Source of the DNA: the human T2T-CHM13v2.0 reference genome, Homo sapiens | Length of the DNA: 64,000 bases | Assembly (NCBI RefSeq): GCF_009914755.1 | Contig: NC_060926.1 | Reading direction: 5' to 3' (one strand) | Shown: piece after piece, positions 1 to 13,242 of the stretch | How the letters are laid out: the number at the start of each line of letters is the position of its first letter | How positions within the stretch are numbered: position 1 is the stretch's first letter | Made by a program: the position numbers and the translations under genes | The notes under the pieces: generated by a model | The model's database searches: none | What the model was told of the DNA's origin: nothing | What the model saw: only the letters and a program-made list of their open reading frames with translations

Positions 1-446
1 TCTGTACCTCAACCTTCAGAATTTCCCCTACCACTCATTATAGTTCCGGAGCTATATAGCTCCTATCATTCTATCATAACCTTAGAATACCAGAGAACAT
101 ATCATCTCATCTAATTATCTCTTACTATATGTGAAAAAAATGAAGGACATGGGGGAAGTGTGACTTGCCCCAAATCACATATTTCATGGTAGAGCCAGGT
201 CTTCTGTTTGTCATATCAGTGTTCTTCCTGCCACAACCATCTTGAAGAATCTATTTCTCAGTAAGAAAATATCTTTATGGAGAGTAGCTGGAAAACAGTT
301 GAGAGATGGAGGGGAGGCTGGGGGTGTGGAGAGGGGAAGGGGTAAGTGATAGATTCGTTGAAGGGGGGAGAAAAGGCCGTGGGGATGAAGCTAGAAGGCA
401 GAAGGGCTTGCCTGGGCTTGGCCATGAAGGAGCATGAGTTCACTGA

Positions 447-893
<447 letters not shown>

Positions 894-1263
894 TAATTTC
901 AGGAGGTTTACTTTTAGGACTGTGGACATTCTCTTTAAGAGTTCTGTACCACATGGTAGCCTTGCTTATTGTGGGTGGCAACCTTAATAGCATTCTGACT
1001 GTAAAATAAAATGATTTGGGGAAATTGGGGCTCTCGCTCTGGAGTGCTAACCATCATGACGTTTGATCTGTACTTTTGATATGATATGATGCTCCTGGGG
1101 AAGTAGTCCCAAATAGCCAAACCTATTGGTGGGCTACCCATGCAATTTAGGGGTGGACCTCAAGGCCTGGAAGCTCTAATGTCCTTTTTTCACCAATGTT
1201 GGGGAGTAGAGCCCTAGAGTTTAAAACTGTCTCAGGGAGGCTCTGCTTTGTTTTCTGTTGCAG

Positions 1264-1373
1264 ATCCAGAACCGTGCCCAGATTCTGACTTCCTCCTCTG
1301 GATCCTTGCAGCAGTTAGTTCGGGGTTGTTTTTTTATAGCTTTCTCCTCACAGCTGTTTCTTTGAGCAAAATG
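1264..1373 (+). CDS. CTLA4: CTLA4 exon 3, stalk with dimerisation Cys and transmembrane helix
   Basis: ttgcAG acceptor ends 1263; reads (D)[36 protein letters not shown]; GTgagt donor at 1374; 110 nt. Confidence 0.99.
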
Positions 1374-2053
1374 GTGAGTGTGGTGCTGATGGTGCACCAT
1401 GTCTGATGGGGATACCTTTAGTGGTATCAACTGGCCAAAAGATGATGTTGAGTTTAGTGTTCTTGAGATGAGATGAGGCAATAAATGAAGAGGAAGGACA
1501 GTGGTAAAGAACGCACTAGAACCGTAGGCATTGGCATTTGAGGTTTCAGAATGACTAATATTTTAGATGAATTTGTTTGACATTGAATGTTCATGTGCTT
1601 CTGAGCAGGGTTTCAATTTGAGTAACCGTTGCAATAACATGGGGCAGCTGTTTTGCTCTTTGTCTTCATGACAACTGTACTTAAGCTAACAGCCCTGAAA
1701 CATGAGATTAGGCTGGGCAGAATGCTGCTAGAGAGGACCACTTGGATGGTCTTTATTCTCCTTCTCCATGTCCCTCTCCATCACCTGGAAGTCACCTCTG
1801 GGTGCCACTCTGGTGCCTTCCTTGTCGAAGCTGTAGCTGCTCACATGACACCTATCCCTATTATCCAGTTTGCTTGACTGGGACGTTTTGCCTTCCCCTT
1901 CAGCCAGGAAGTGAAAGTCCCAGTTTTTATTTATCACAGGTGTTGGTATTGGTGGTAGAAGAGGTAGAATTATGGAATCAGGCCTCCTGTCAGGATTTCT
2001 TTTTGACAGTCCCTCTCAGACACCTCTGCCTAAGGCCAGCTTTGCCATTGCAA

Positions 2054-2140
2054 ACTCTCCCTTCTCCCTCTCTCCCTTCTTCTCTTCCTCTTCCTTCTTC
2101 TCGCTCTTTCTCTCTCTCTCTTTCTCCCTCTCTGTCTCTT
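2054..2140. repeat. Polypyrimidine (CT-rich) tract in CTLA4 intron 3
   Basis: Nearly pure C/T including (CT)n. Confidence 0.9.
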
Positions 2141-2590
2141 ATACACATATACAAAGATATACTCTATTCCAACATCCTCTACCCAACCTGACAGAGATGT
2201 CCTTTGCTGTAGGTTCAGCAGTGGGGATGAGAAATACAGCTCTCAAACAGGATAACTAAAGCTTATTATCTTATCAAGCTTGTTCCCTTGCAGACAAGAT
2301 TGATCAATTATCATAGGCTTTCTGGGTGTTCTTTCTGAAGCTTTCTCAAAGTCTCTTTCTCCTATCTTCCATTCAAGGCAAATGATTGCCATTTAACATC
2401 AAAATCACAGTTATTTATCTAAAATAAATTTTAATAGCTGAATCAAGAAAATCTCCTGAGGTTTATAATTCTGTATGCTGTGAACATTCATTTTTAACCA
2501 GCTAGGGACCCAATATGTGTTGAGTTCTATTATGGTTAGAAGTGGCTTCCGTATTCCTCAGTAGTAATTACTGTTTCTTTTTGTGTTTGA

Positions 2591-2698
<108 letters not shown>

Positions 2699-3205
2699 GA
2701 AACCATTATGAAGAAGAGAGTCCATATTTCAATTTCCAAGAGCTGAGGCAATTCTAACTTTTTTGCTATCCAGCTATTTTTATTTGTTTGTGCATTTGGG
2801 GGGAATTCATCTCTCTTTAATATAAAGTTGGATGCGGAACCCAAATTACGTGTACTACAATTTAAAGCAAAGGAGTAGAAAGACAGAGCTGGGATGTTTC
2901 TGTCACATCAGCTCCACTTTCAGTGAAAGCATCACTTGGGATTAATATGGGGATGCAGCATTATGATGTGGGTCAAGGAATTAAGTTAGGGAATGGCACA
3001 GCCCAAAGAAGGAAAAGGCAGGGAGCGAGGGAGAAGACTATATTGTACACACCTTATATTTACGTATGAGACGTTTATAGCCGAAATGATCTTTTCAAGT
3101 TAAATTTTATGCCTTTTATTTCTTAAACAAATGTATGATTACATCAAGGCTTCAAAAATACTCACATGGCTATGTTTTAGCCAGTGATGCTAAAGGTTGT
3201 ATTGC

Positions 3206-3213
<8 letters not shown>

Positions 3214-3265
<52 letters not shown>
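3214..3265. repeat. (AT)26 microsatellite in the CTLA4 3'UTR
   Basis: 52 nt of perfect AT alternation, counted; known polymorphic marker. Confidence 0.98.
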
Positions 3266-3273
<8 letters not shown>

Positions 3274-3773
3274 GATAGTATTGTGCATAGAGCCACGTAT
3301 GTTTTTGTGTATTTGTTAATGGTTTGAATATAAACACTATATGGCAGTGTCTTTCCACCTTGGGTCCCAGGGAAGTTTTGTGGAGGAGCTCAGGACACTA
3401 ATACACCAGGTAGAACACAAGGTCATTTGCTAACTAGCTTGGAAACTGGATGAGGTCATAGCAGTGCTTGATTGCGTGGAATTGTGCTGAGTTGGTGTTG
3501 ACATGTGCTTTGGGGCTTTTACACCAGTTCCTTTCAATGGTTTGCAAGGAAGCCACAGCTGGTGGTATCTGAGTTGACTTGACAGAACACTGTCTTGAAG
3601 ACAATGGCTTACTCCAGGAGACCCACAGGTATGACCTTCTAGGAAGCTCCAGTTCGATGGGCCCAATTCTTACAAACATGTGGTTAATGCCATGGACAGA
3701 AGAAGGCAGCAGGTGGCAGAATGGGGTGCATGAAGGTTTCTGAAAATTAACACTGCTTGTGTTTTTAACTCAA

Positions 3774-3790
3774 TATTTTCCATGAAAATG
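3774..3790 (+). promoter_or_regulatory. Roquin-type constitutive decay element (CDE) stem-loop
   Basis: tATTTTC-CAT-GAAAATg: 6-7 bp stem, Py-Pu-Py triloop, TTCYRYGAA core. Confidence 0.7.
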
Positions 3791-3813
3791 CAACAACATG
3801 TATAATATTTTTA

Positions 3814-3823
3814 ATTAAATAAA
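3814..3823 (+). terminator. CTLA4 polyadenylation signal
   Basis: Overlapping ATTAAA (3814-3819) and AATAAA (3818-3823) followed by GT-rich sequence. Confidence 0.9.
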
Positions 3824-4077
3824 AATCTGTGGTGGTCGTTTTCCGGAGTTGTCTTTATCATCCTTGCATTTGAATATTGTGTTTAAATTTTTGATTGATT
3901 CATTCAGTATCTGGTGGAGTCTCCAATATTAGAAATACTGGAAACAAACTGAAAAACCACAAAAGGACAAATAATGCTTCATGAGTCAGCTTTGCACCAG
4001 CCATTACCTGCAAGTCATTCTTGGAAGGTATCCATCCTCTTTCCTTTTGATTTCTTCACCACTATTTGGGATATAAC

Positions 4078-4078
4078 G
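4078..4078 (+). other. CT60 (rs3087243) SNP position, G allele
   Basis: Flank CACCACTATTTGGGATATAAC[G]TGGGTTAACACAG matches the recalled CT60 context just 3' of the poly(A) site. Confidence 0.85.
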
Positions 4079-4476
4079 TGGGTTAACACAGACATAGCAG
4101 TCCTTTATAAATCAATTGGCATGCTGTTTAACACAGGTTCTTCACCTCCCCTTTCTTACCGCCTGCTTTCTCAGCTCAACTATCACAGGCATTACAGTTG
4201 TCATGGCAACCCCAATGTTGGCAACCACGTCCCTTGCAGCCATTTTGATCTGCCTTCCTGAAATATAGAGCTTTTCCCTGTGGCTTCCAAATGAACTATT
4301 TTGCAAATGTGGGGAAAACACACACCTGTGGTCCTATGTTGCTATCAGCTGGCACACCTAGGCCTGGCACACTAAGCCCTCTGTGATTCTTGCTTAACCA
4401 ATGTATAGTCTCAGCACATTTGGTTTCCACTTAAGGTTTCCTATTTTTGACCTCCACATCCTGTTATTGTCTTTTG

Positions 4477-4661
4477 CAGTGATTCTCAGTGTGGTCAGGG
4501 ACCACCTGTAACTGAATCCACTGGGTCACTTACTAAAAACACCAATTCACACTTATTCCCAGATGCGTTGAATCAGAATCTTTGAGTGGTGGGGCCAGGA
4601 GTTTGTATTTCCAAAAATCTTCCCAGTGCTTCTTATACCCATCAAGTTTTGAGAATCACTG
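4477..4661. mobile_element. MER5-like hAT-Charlie MITE
   Basis: Perfect 12-bp TIRs CAGTGATTCTCA/TGAGAATCACTG; internal gaatcagaatct. Confidence 0.85.
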
Positions 4662-6839
4662 CTTAGGCAACTCTGTCTGTGTCTCTTCCTCTGTCTCTCC
4701 CCCTTGCTCATTCTCTTGCTTGCTCTTGCTCTCTTTCTCTCTTTCTTGCCCCAGCAAGTGCTAACAAACACACAAGACAGCACATAGTAAGCATTTCAAA
4801 AGGGGTTGTTAAATAAAAACGAATAGGTCTTTCAAAGTAAGGTAATGATTATTACCTAGAATGAGCTCCTTTTCTGTGGAAGACTGTGCTTCTTGCTCTC
4901 TAGGCCTTTGGATGGTAGCCATGAAGAAAAACACCAATCGGGAGCCTCAGTGGATAGTATATCATTTCCACTCCTCTAAACGTCTTTAGAGAGATTACTC
5001 TTTTTCATAGTTGATGGGCAGATCTGAGTGACAGAGAGTGCCTTACACAAGTGATGCCCTCCAGGTACCTTTCAGACACCCTTAGATAATGGACTACTTT
5101 ATATAAGCTTAATATTTCCTCTGCTATTGCCTAAAATTCTACCATTTGTTGTTCACTGAGATAAGACTTGCCCTCTTCATTCAGTCTCAATCTTATAAAA
5201 ATAAAATACCCTTTAGCTCAAAAAAGCTTCCCCTATGGCAGAAGAATTGTACAAGAAAGACTATGACCCGGGGTTCCGCTGAAAGGGGAGAAAGCAAATA
5301 TGAGGGTAAGGGAGTGCATCTGGGCACCACATGAAAGCCTCTTCTAATTCCCATGTCATTTATGAGAGAAGATTCTATGTCTGTAGTACTCAGAGAGGTG
5401 AACTGCCCCCAAATCAGAGGACCAACTGTCACATGGGATTCCAACCTTCATCATCATCTCCATTTCTGGGATCAGGGTCCTGGGGCAGCTCCAAGCCCAA
5501 ATAATCCATGAACCCAAAAGGGGCTTGGCCTACCATGCAGGGGGAGCCTGGGCGTTGCAACCCTCCTCCTTGGAACCACTTGTCACAGGCAAGACTGTGG
5601 ATGACAAGGGAGCCGGATAGAGTGGCCAGGGGCTCCAGAGTCAGTTCCTCCTCCAACATGGCTCCTAGCACACGCCTCTGCTCATGTCTCTTCTTCAGCA
5701 TGGTACTCGCATTCCTGCTACTTCCCATTTCTTCATTTCTCACCTCCAAATATTATAATCCTTCATTGTCACACCCATCAAGACTAATCCCAAATTTTGC
5801 CTCCACCGTCAGATTTGCTGACACTTTAAGCTCGTGGATTTCTCCTCTTTTGTTTCATAGCTATACTTGGTTTCACCTCTAATAATTTCAAGCATGCATG
5901 TCTTTTCTACCTAGTTAGATCAGGAACTTCTCCAAGACAGGGATAATCACAACTTTAGGCACACAGTAGATGCTCCAATAAATGAATTGAGGAGTTGGGG
6001 AACTAGGACATCCAGGACCGTTTTCCATACAGAACCCATCTGTGTTTTCTTAGGCAGTCCCAGCTTAATCTCTTTCCCATTTGATCATCAGAACTTTGTG
6101 CAGGTCTACTCATCTTTTGGCTTAAACCTTAAAGACTCTGGACTGTGAGTTCCAGCTGCCTACTCTGTCCCACTCATTCTACTTTGATCTTAATCCAGTC
6201 TTACTTCCAATCTTTTTCTTTCTTTGTTGAATTCTTATTTTTATTCTTTTTCTCTTTTGAATTGTTGGTTGTTGCTAAAATTGACTATATTTTTATACCC
6301 AGTCTGAGCCTTCTTCCGTATCCATAGTTAATAGTTCATTCAACTTAGTTGGGACTGAGCTCGTGAAACATTGATGTCACTGTGTTGTTAACTGGAGCAA
6401 AGCCAGTTGAGAAGTTCAAGACTTTATAAATTTAGTTATTCTTTTGGGAGTTCTCAAAGCAAAGGAGAACATGGCTTTCTCCGGAAAGTTATTCCCATTG
6501 CCTTACTTGTTGTTTGCACCTGGTTAGAGCCATGACTCAGGCTCCTTAGAAACCTTGTTTTATTTCATATATATATATTTTTTCTCATCTCAGGTCAATT
6601 TTTTCTGTTCAGTCCAGAAACATGACACACCCTATTGGTAAAAAGGGAGGAAAATTTATTCTTTCCTCTTTTATGTTTCCTTGGCTACATGCTGGGATAG
6701 GGGCTCATGGTAAGTTTGCCAGATTCAACCAAAAAACGCCACAAAAACAAGAAAACAGGATGCCCTGTATTTTATCTGACAACGCTATCAGCAGGAAAGC
6801 TTATGCTTCTAATGCAGTGTGAATAAAAAGTGTACTAGA

Positions 6840-7151
6840 GGCTGGGTGCAGTGGCTCACACCTGTAATCCCAGCACTTTAAGAGCTGAGGTGGACAAATC
6901 ACTTGAGGTCAGGAGTTTGAGACCAGCCTGGCCAACATGGTGAAACCCTGTGTCTACTAAAAATATGAAAATTAGCCGGGTATGGTGGCAGGTGCCTGTA
7001 GTCCCAGCTATTCGGGAGGCTGAGGCAGGAGAATCGCTTGAACCGGGAGGCAGAGGTTGCAGTGAGCAAGATCACGCCACTGTACTCCAGCCTGGGTGAC
7101 AGGGCAAGGCTCCATCTCAGAAAAAAAAAAAAAGAAAAAGAAAAAGAAAAG
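6840..7151 (+). mobile_element. AluS
   Basis: Full dimer, A-rich tail, TSD AAAAGTGTACTAGA (6826-6839 / 7152-7165). Confidence 0.97.
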
Positions 7152-8421
7152 AAAAGTGTACTAGAGACCCCTCTTCAGAAGTTTCTGAGCAAGAACAACT
7201 TGAGACTGTGACCACTGTTCCAACTGTAACACAATCTCCTGTTCTCACTTCCAGGCACATGTGGGATTGATGCTATGTCACTGGAAGCTAATGAGACCTG
7301 CAGAAGAGGTAGCTATTTCTCTTCTAAGCAATTTTCTTAGAGGAAGTTAACCCATCCTGCTGCATATTGCAAGGAACTTGACATTCAGACCCTTCTTGGA
7401 AATCTGCTTTCATGGGCACACTCTATGTTCTTGCATTTATTTCGTACAATAATCATCTGAAGCATTTGGAAAAAGTGCAGATTGAAGTTCCTCTGAACCA
7501 GAACTTCTCACTTATAAGGTCTGAGGCAGGGCCTGGGGATTTTAATTCTTCAGAGAGCCTTTAGGCCATAGTTCATAAGCTCTGATCTAACTCAGGATTC
7601 TACCATCATAGATGATTAGCAAAGGATATTGGAAATGATCCTCAGATTTTAGAAGAACATAAGGCTCGGAGACTTTAGGGACCTTGTCCAAGGTCCTATG
7701 GCGAGGCAGGACTTGAACTAGGCTAAGAAGTCAGATCTCCAGGTTTTCACATCAGGGCTCTGCAGAGGGTGGCACTGTGCACCTTTCTGACCAGGGGCTG
7801 TCCTTTCCAGGCTGCTTCTAGGACGTCCCTGCTACCACTCCAGGCCACCCACAGAAAACCCACTTTTCCATCCATCTCCATCCCAAGTACTCCTGTTACA
7901 TCTCGGTGTGATTATCACCACTGTTGCTGCTCCAATGTTGGCTTCATCTTTTCTCTTTCTCCTGTACCCTTCCAGAGGACTTAGGAGAAGCATCTCAGGT
8001 GACCCAGCCTGTTCTTAGCAATCCTACAGAAAAATGCTGCAGGTGGACAACACAAAGCAAAACGCTGCCAATAAACAGTCTGTCAGCAAAGCCGGCAGTA
8101 CACTGAGAAAGCTCCTATTGCCACTGGAAGTCGTGGAACAACCCATTGAGATGATACATGCTCTTTTAATCACACACAGTCAAGTTACTATAGCAACTAA
8201 CAGTGTTTCAGAAACATGGTATTAATCACACAAAGTAATACTATCTATTTGGACAAAAAGAAGCAGCTTCCTCTGAGAGGAATTGTAAGAAATATATTTC
8301 AGGGGATGATCGCAAATTTTAGAAGATAACACAGATGACTTCTCATGAGCAGCACTTTCCTGAAGGACATCATCACCTTTTTCTTCCTGCTTGTCATTTT
8401 CTTCCTGCTTCCACCTTGTCA

Positions 8422-8829
<408 letters not shown>

Positions 8830-10258
8830 CTACTCTCCTGTGAGCACCTTTTTGCCCCTGGCATTATGGTAAACCATAGCAGTATGTTAAGGACAGGAAA
8901 TATGGATTTGTAAATGAAGACTAGCCTTGTATTCCTTTCCTATTGAGGAAGCTGATTCACTAAGATATAGTTCATGAATTCCTTGTCCTGAATGAAGAGG
9001 GAAAGGAAACCAACTTATGAAGCCTCAAATACTGCACAAATGGATGTACATTAGCTAAAGCAATTCCCACAGTAACTCTGTGGAAGAGGTTCTGCCATCA
9101 TCTCCATTTTATAAACGAGGAAATTAAGTTCCGAAAGGTTTAATTACTTGCCCAAAGCCAAACAGCTAGTAAGTTGCAGAATCAGGATTAGGACACATGT
9201 TTAATTCCAAAGACCATGTTCTTTTCGAATGACCATATCTGACTTCTGGGGGTTACTGGCAAAAGGAAAAGAGCAAAATGGAAGGTGAATGGGGATTGAA
9301 GTATTGGAGAAGTAATGCATGTATTACAGGGGTTACAAATGGGTGTTGATATCAGCCAATGTTTTTTTGGACAAATATTTTAAAAAGCTTTCTGAAGGTG
9401 CTTATTTTGAGATTGTCACCAGCAGCAGCTCTCTCCTGTAACCAGAGAGGAAAACAGGAAGTTGAAGACATTCAAAGATGGACCACTGGCTCCAATCCAC
9501 AGTTTTAGCAGTAACTAGCTGCTTTCCCATTTACTGGCGCTGAAGTCAGCGCTGCAATATTGCTGGCTTGCATGCCTTTCTGGCCCTAAGGTATCATAGG
9601 TTCTCTCACACTGATGCTTGGCTCAGAGATGGGGGAAAATGGAAATCATTAACACAGCCAGTGAGAAGCTCTGATCTTCATGACACCTGCAGCACGCTCC
9701 TTGCGAAGAGGGTGATTCTCCATTTGAAACAGGCTAGAGATACAGGACATAATGAACAATGGAAGTCAGTGGGAGCTACCTTGCATTCATATTTGTGAAC
9801 TTTGGAATGGGGCTAGTTTCTAAAAGGGTAATAACCAGCCTGGAGCAGAAGCTGAGGGTGGGGCGTCGGGGGTGAAGAGGAGGGAGGGTCTCTGAGTTCA
9901 GGCTGAGGGATGCTGGGAAAAGGCAATGACTCCCTTTGAGGAAAAAAAATAGAGGGCAAAAGCAGACTCCAGGGCCTGAAGATGCCCCGAAATGGCAAAT
10001 TAAGTGAACTGGTATACGGTGAAAAAAGTTATAGAGCTGGGTCCAATGCCACAGGCCACATAGAAGATTGAGAGAGGCTCTAGGCAGAAGCAGGGAGCTG
10101 GTCAGCCGAGATTGTGATGGAGGTAGCTATGCATAAGTAATTTCTACCAGAAGTTGAAGTGTAGGAATATCTGGGGTCAAAGCAAAAAAAGACTTTCCCT
10201 GCTGGGAATGGAAGTTAAAAGTAATGATTCCACTCTGAATCGCTGGGGGTGGAGGCAG

Positions 10259-10292
10259 GTGTGTGTGTGGTGTGTGTGTGGTGTGTGTGTGG
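10259..10292. repeat. Interrupted (GT)n microsatellite
   Basis: gtgtgtgtgtgg tgtgtgtgtgg tgtgtgtgtgg. Confidence 0.9.
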
Positions 10293-11125
10293 GCACCAAG
10301 CAGGGGTGAAAGCTGATTATGGAGGGGTGGTGTCAGGAAACATCACAAAGGAACCCCTGAGTGCTTTAGGCCTAGGCGGAGCTGCGTAGCATGGACTGCA
10401 CTTGTGCCAATTCGAGTGTTGATAGTGTTTGTAATTTGTGCCTGAGAAGACATGATTCAAGGATGGCATGAAAGTTGTGTGTAAGGTGTGAAGGGCTGTC
10501 ACATGAAAAATAGATTAGATTTTCTTTGTGGGCTTCCTGGAGCACTCAGCGCTGGTGTTCCACAGAAGCACATGACGAAAGAGGGGGTTGGTATTATTTT
10601 TCTTCCTGTTTTAGGCTTGGATTCAGAGTCAGAGAGAGGGCATTGGACCCTGTCGTACTGCAGACTGGCCAGAGGCAGGCCTGTTGGATCCTCACTAACA
10701 GCAGCTGGTGGGTAAAGGAAGGCATCAGAGGACCTAGTTGGGCAGGGGCCTGGGGAAGTAGACCTGCTTGAATGACTAGCTCCTGCTGGCCTAGCTCCTC
10801 CTACGGCCTGCCTCTGAGACTTGTTACGGGTTCAGGCTCCATTCAGGCAGGCGTCACTGTGCACAGAGATCTACCTTAGCAGGAGGGTGCCACAGCAGGA
10901 AAGGATGTGGCAGGAAATGCCCAAAGCCAGATAGACGTTGACCTTCTGGTGGGTCAATCAGTTCACATTAGGATACCTGCCAACATTTGGAAGTACAGAG
11001 AATAGGATCCCACACTTATGGGGAGGCTAGGCAGGGTATCATGGAGAATTGGAATGCTGGGCCAGTAAACTGAGGCCAACAACTAGTTAAACCCCATAAA
11101 CTGGGGAGGACTACCTCTTGGAGAC

Positions 11126-11500
11126 TGAGATGGTTAATACTGAGTGTCAACTTGATTGGATTGAAGGATACAAAGTGTTGATCCTGGGCGTGTCTGTGAG
11201 GGTGTTGCCAAAGGAGATTAACATTTGAGTCAGTGTACTGGGAAAGGCAGACCCACCCTTAATCTGGGTAGGCACAATCTAATCAGCTGCCAGCATGGCA
11301 GAAAAATGTGAAAAGAGAGACTGGCCTAGCCTCCCAGCCTACATCTTTTTCCCGTGCTGGCTGCTCCCTGTCCTCCTACATCGGACTTGAAGTTCTTCAG
11401 TTTTGGAACTCAGGCTGGCTCTCTTTGCTCCTCAGCCTGTAGATGGCCTATTGTGGGACATTTTGATCATGCGGGTTAATACTTAATAAACACCCCTTTA

Positions 11501-11548
<48 letters not shown>

Positions 11549-11587
11549 CCATTCGTTCTGTCCCTCTAGAGAACCCTGACTAATACA
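11126..11587 (+). mobile_element. MLT2A-type (HERV-L) solo LTR
   Basis: TG..GATGGTTAATACTGAGTGTCAACTTGATTGGATTG start, GAACCCTGACTAATACA end, 5-bp TSD GAGAC on both sides. Confidence 0.93.
11501..11548. repeat. (TATC)12 tetranucleotide STR inside the MLT2A LTR
   Basis: 48 nt perfect, counted. Confidence 0.97.
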
Positions 11588-12237
11588 GAGACGTTGCCTA
11601 GAGATATTGCCATAGGCTGGGTCACTGATCCCGGTTGTGTCCTAAAAATTCTTTTCAATGCAGTTCTCTAGGGAACCATGGATCATCATCACAGTTGGCA
11701 CTCAAGATGTCATTGAGAATCTAGAGATTTTAAGCTACTTCCTGCCTTTTCTAAGACCCAGCTCACATGTCCCCTCTTCTGTAAAGCCTTCCTAAACCCT
11801 CATACATGGTTACTCTCACTTCATTTGGTCCTTTAATCATTTGGCTCTTATCACTCTGCGGTATCAACCTTTGTTTATGACCTTGTCGCTTCTCGAGATT
11901 GAGCTCACGGTGGGCAATGAGAGAGTGCTTACCATATTTGTCTACCCAAACCTTTAAAGAGGAAGATATTATTTCTATTTTTGTCAAATAATTTGCCCCA
12001 GATCTCATCGTAGTAAGTGGTAGAAATGGATTTGAATTCAAGTCAGTCTAATTTCAAACTCTGTGCTCTTTTCCTTAAATCTTGCACTCAATGTTGTACC
12101 CTTCAGCACATTGGCATGAGCTCAGGTGGCAGGAGAACAAAGCTGCATTTTTGAGCATAGACAGACGTAGAAGGAATTTCGTGGCTGCTCTAGAAGTAAA
12201 GTTCTCCTGCTATACCCTCAGAAATTTCCATCTTCTA

Positions 12238-12521
<284 letters not shown>

Positions 12522-13242
12522 AAAATTCCATCTTCTGTGGTGCATTATATACACTGGGATCAAACTGGTCTTGATGAATCTGACTTTTGACAACCATCCT
12601 AACACTATTGGCTTTATTCAGTTGCAGCTGAACTATTTCTGTCTAACTTGGCTGCCTAACCTACAAACTGTTTCAAATCAGATGTCTTTTTTGTCTAGTG
12701 AAACTGAGAGAATTATTTTATAATCACGCTCTCTGGAAAAAAAAATAGTGAATGGAAATTTTTAATAAAAAAGAATGTGGTAGAAACAGAATTTTAAGTT
12801 ACTAATTGGAAAACATGTGGCAAAATCTTTATCCACTGGCCTACAGTATTCCGCGGCCATCTGTGGAAATTTATAGGTATTAAATTAGATACGGGCTGGT
12901 TTTTGTGTTTGTAGAACGTAACAGAAACCTAATTGAAAACCACATAGCAACATCATAAAACCAAATGCGATCTCTATTCCTTTCAGTGTCAAAATGCATA
13001 CACATGTGAAGACAATTACTTTGGTCCTTAAACAAAAAGACCTCCATTAATATTTTTATTAAATACTGCACATTTCTAAGAGGGAGATAGTTAAGAAAGT
13101 AAATGTAAGCATCTGTCTCAGAGTCTAAATTATATTCAAGAGTGATTGTAATAAGGACAAATGTTTAGCATACAAGGTTAGTCTTACTTTGCTTATATTC
13201 TGCTGTTTGAATGTTTTCCTGTGCATAGATTTACAAGTCTAT

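Larger units (their letters stand above)
2699..3845 (+). other. CTLA4: CTLA4 3'UTR (3' end approximate)
   Basis: From stop codon to about 20 nt past AATAAA; AU-rich. Confidence 0.9.

Noticed and set aside
12841-12870. CTCF-like motif GCGGCCATCTGTGG
   Set aside because: One base short of the GCCMYCTRSTGG core spacing; cannot be supported without ChIP data
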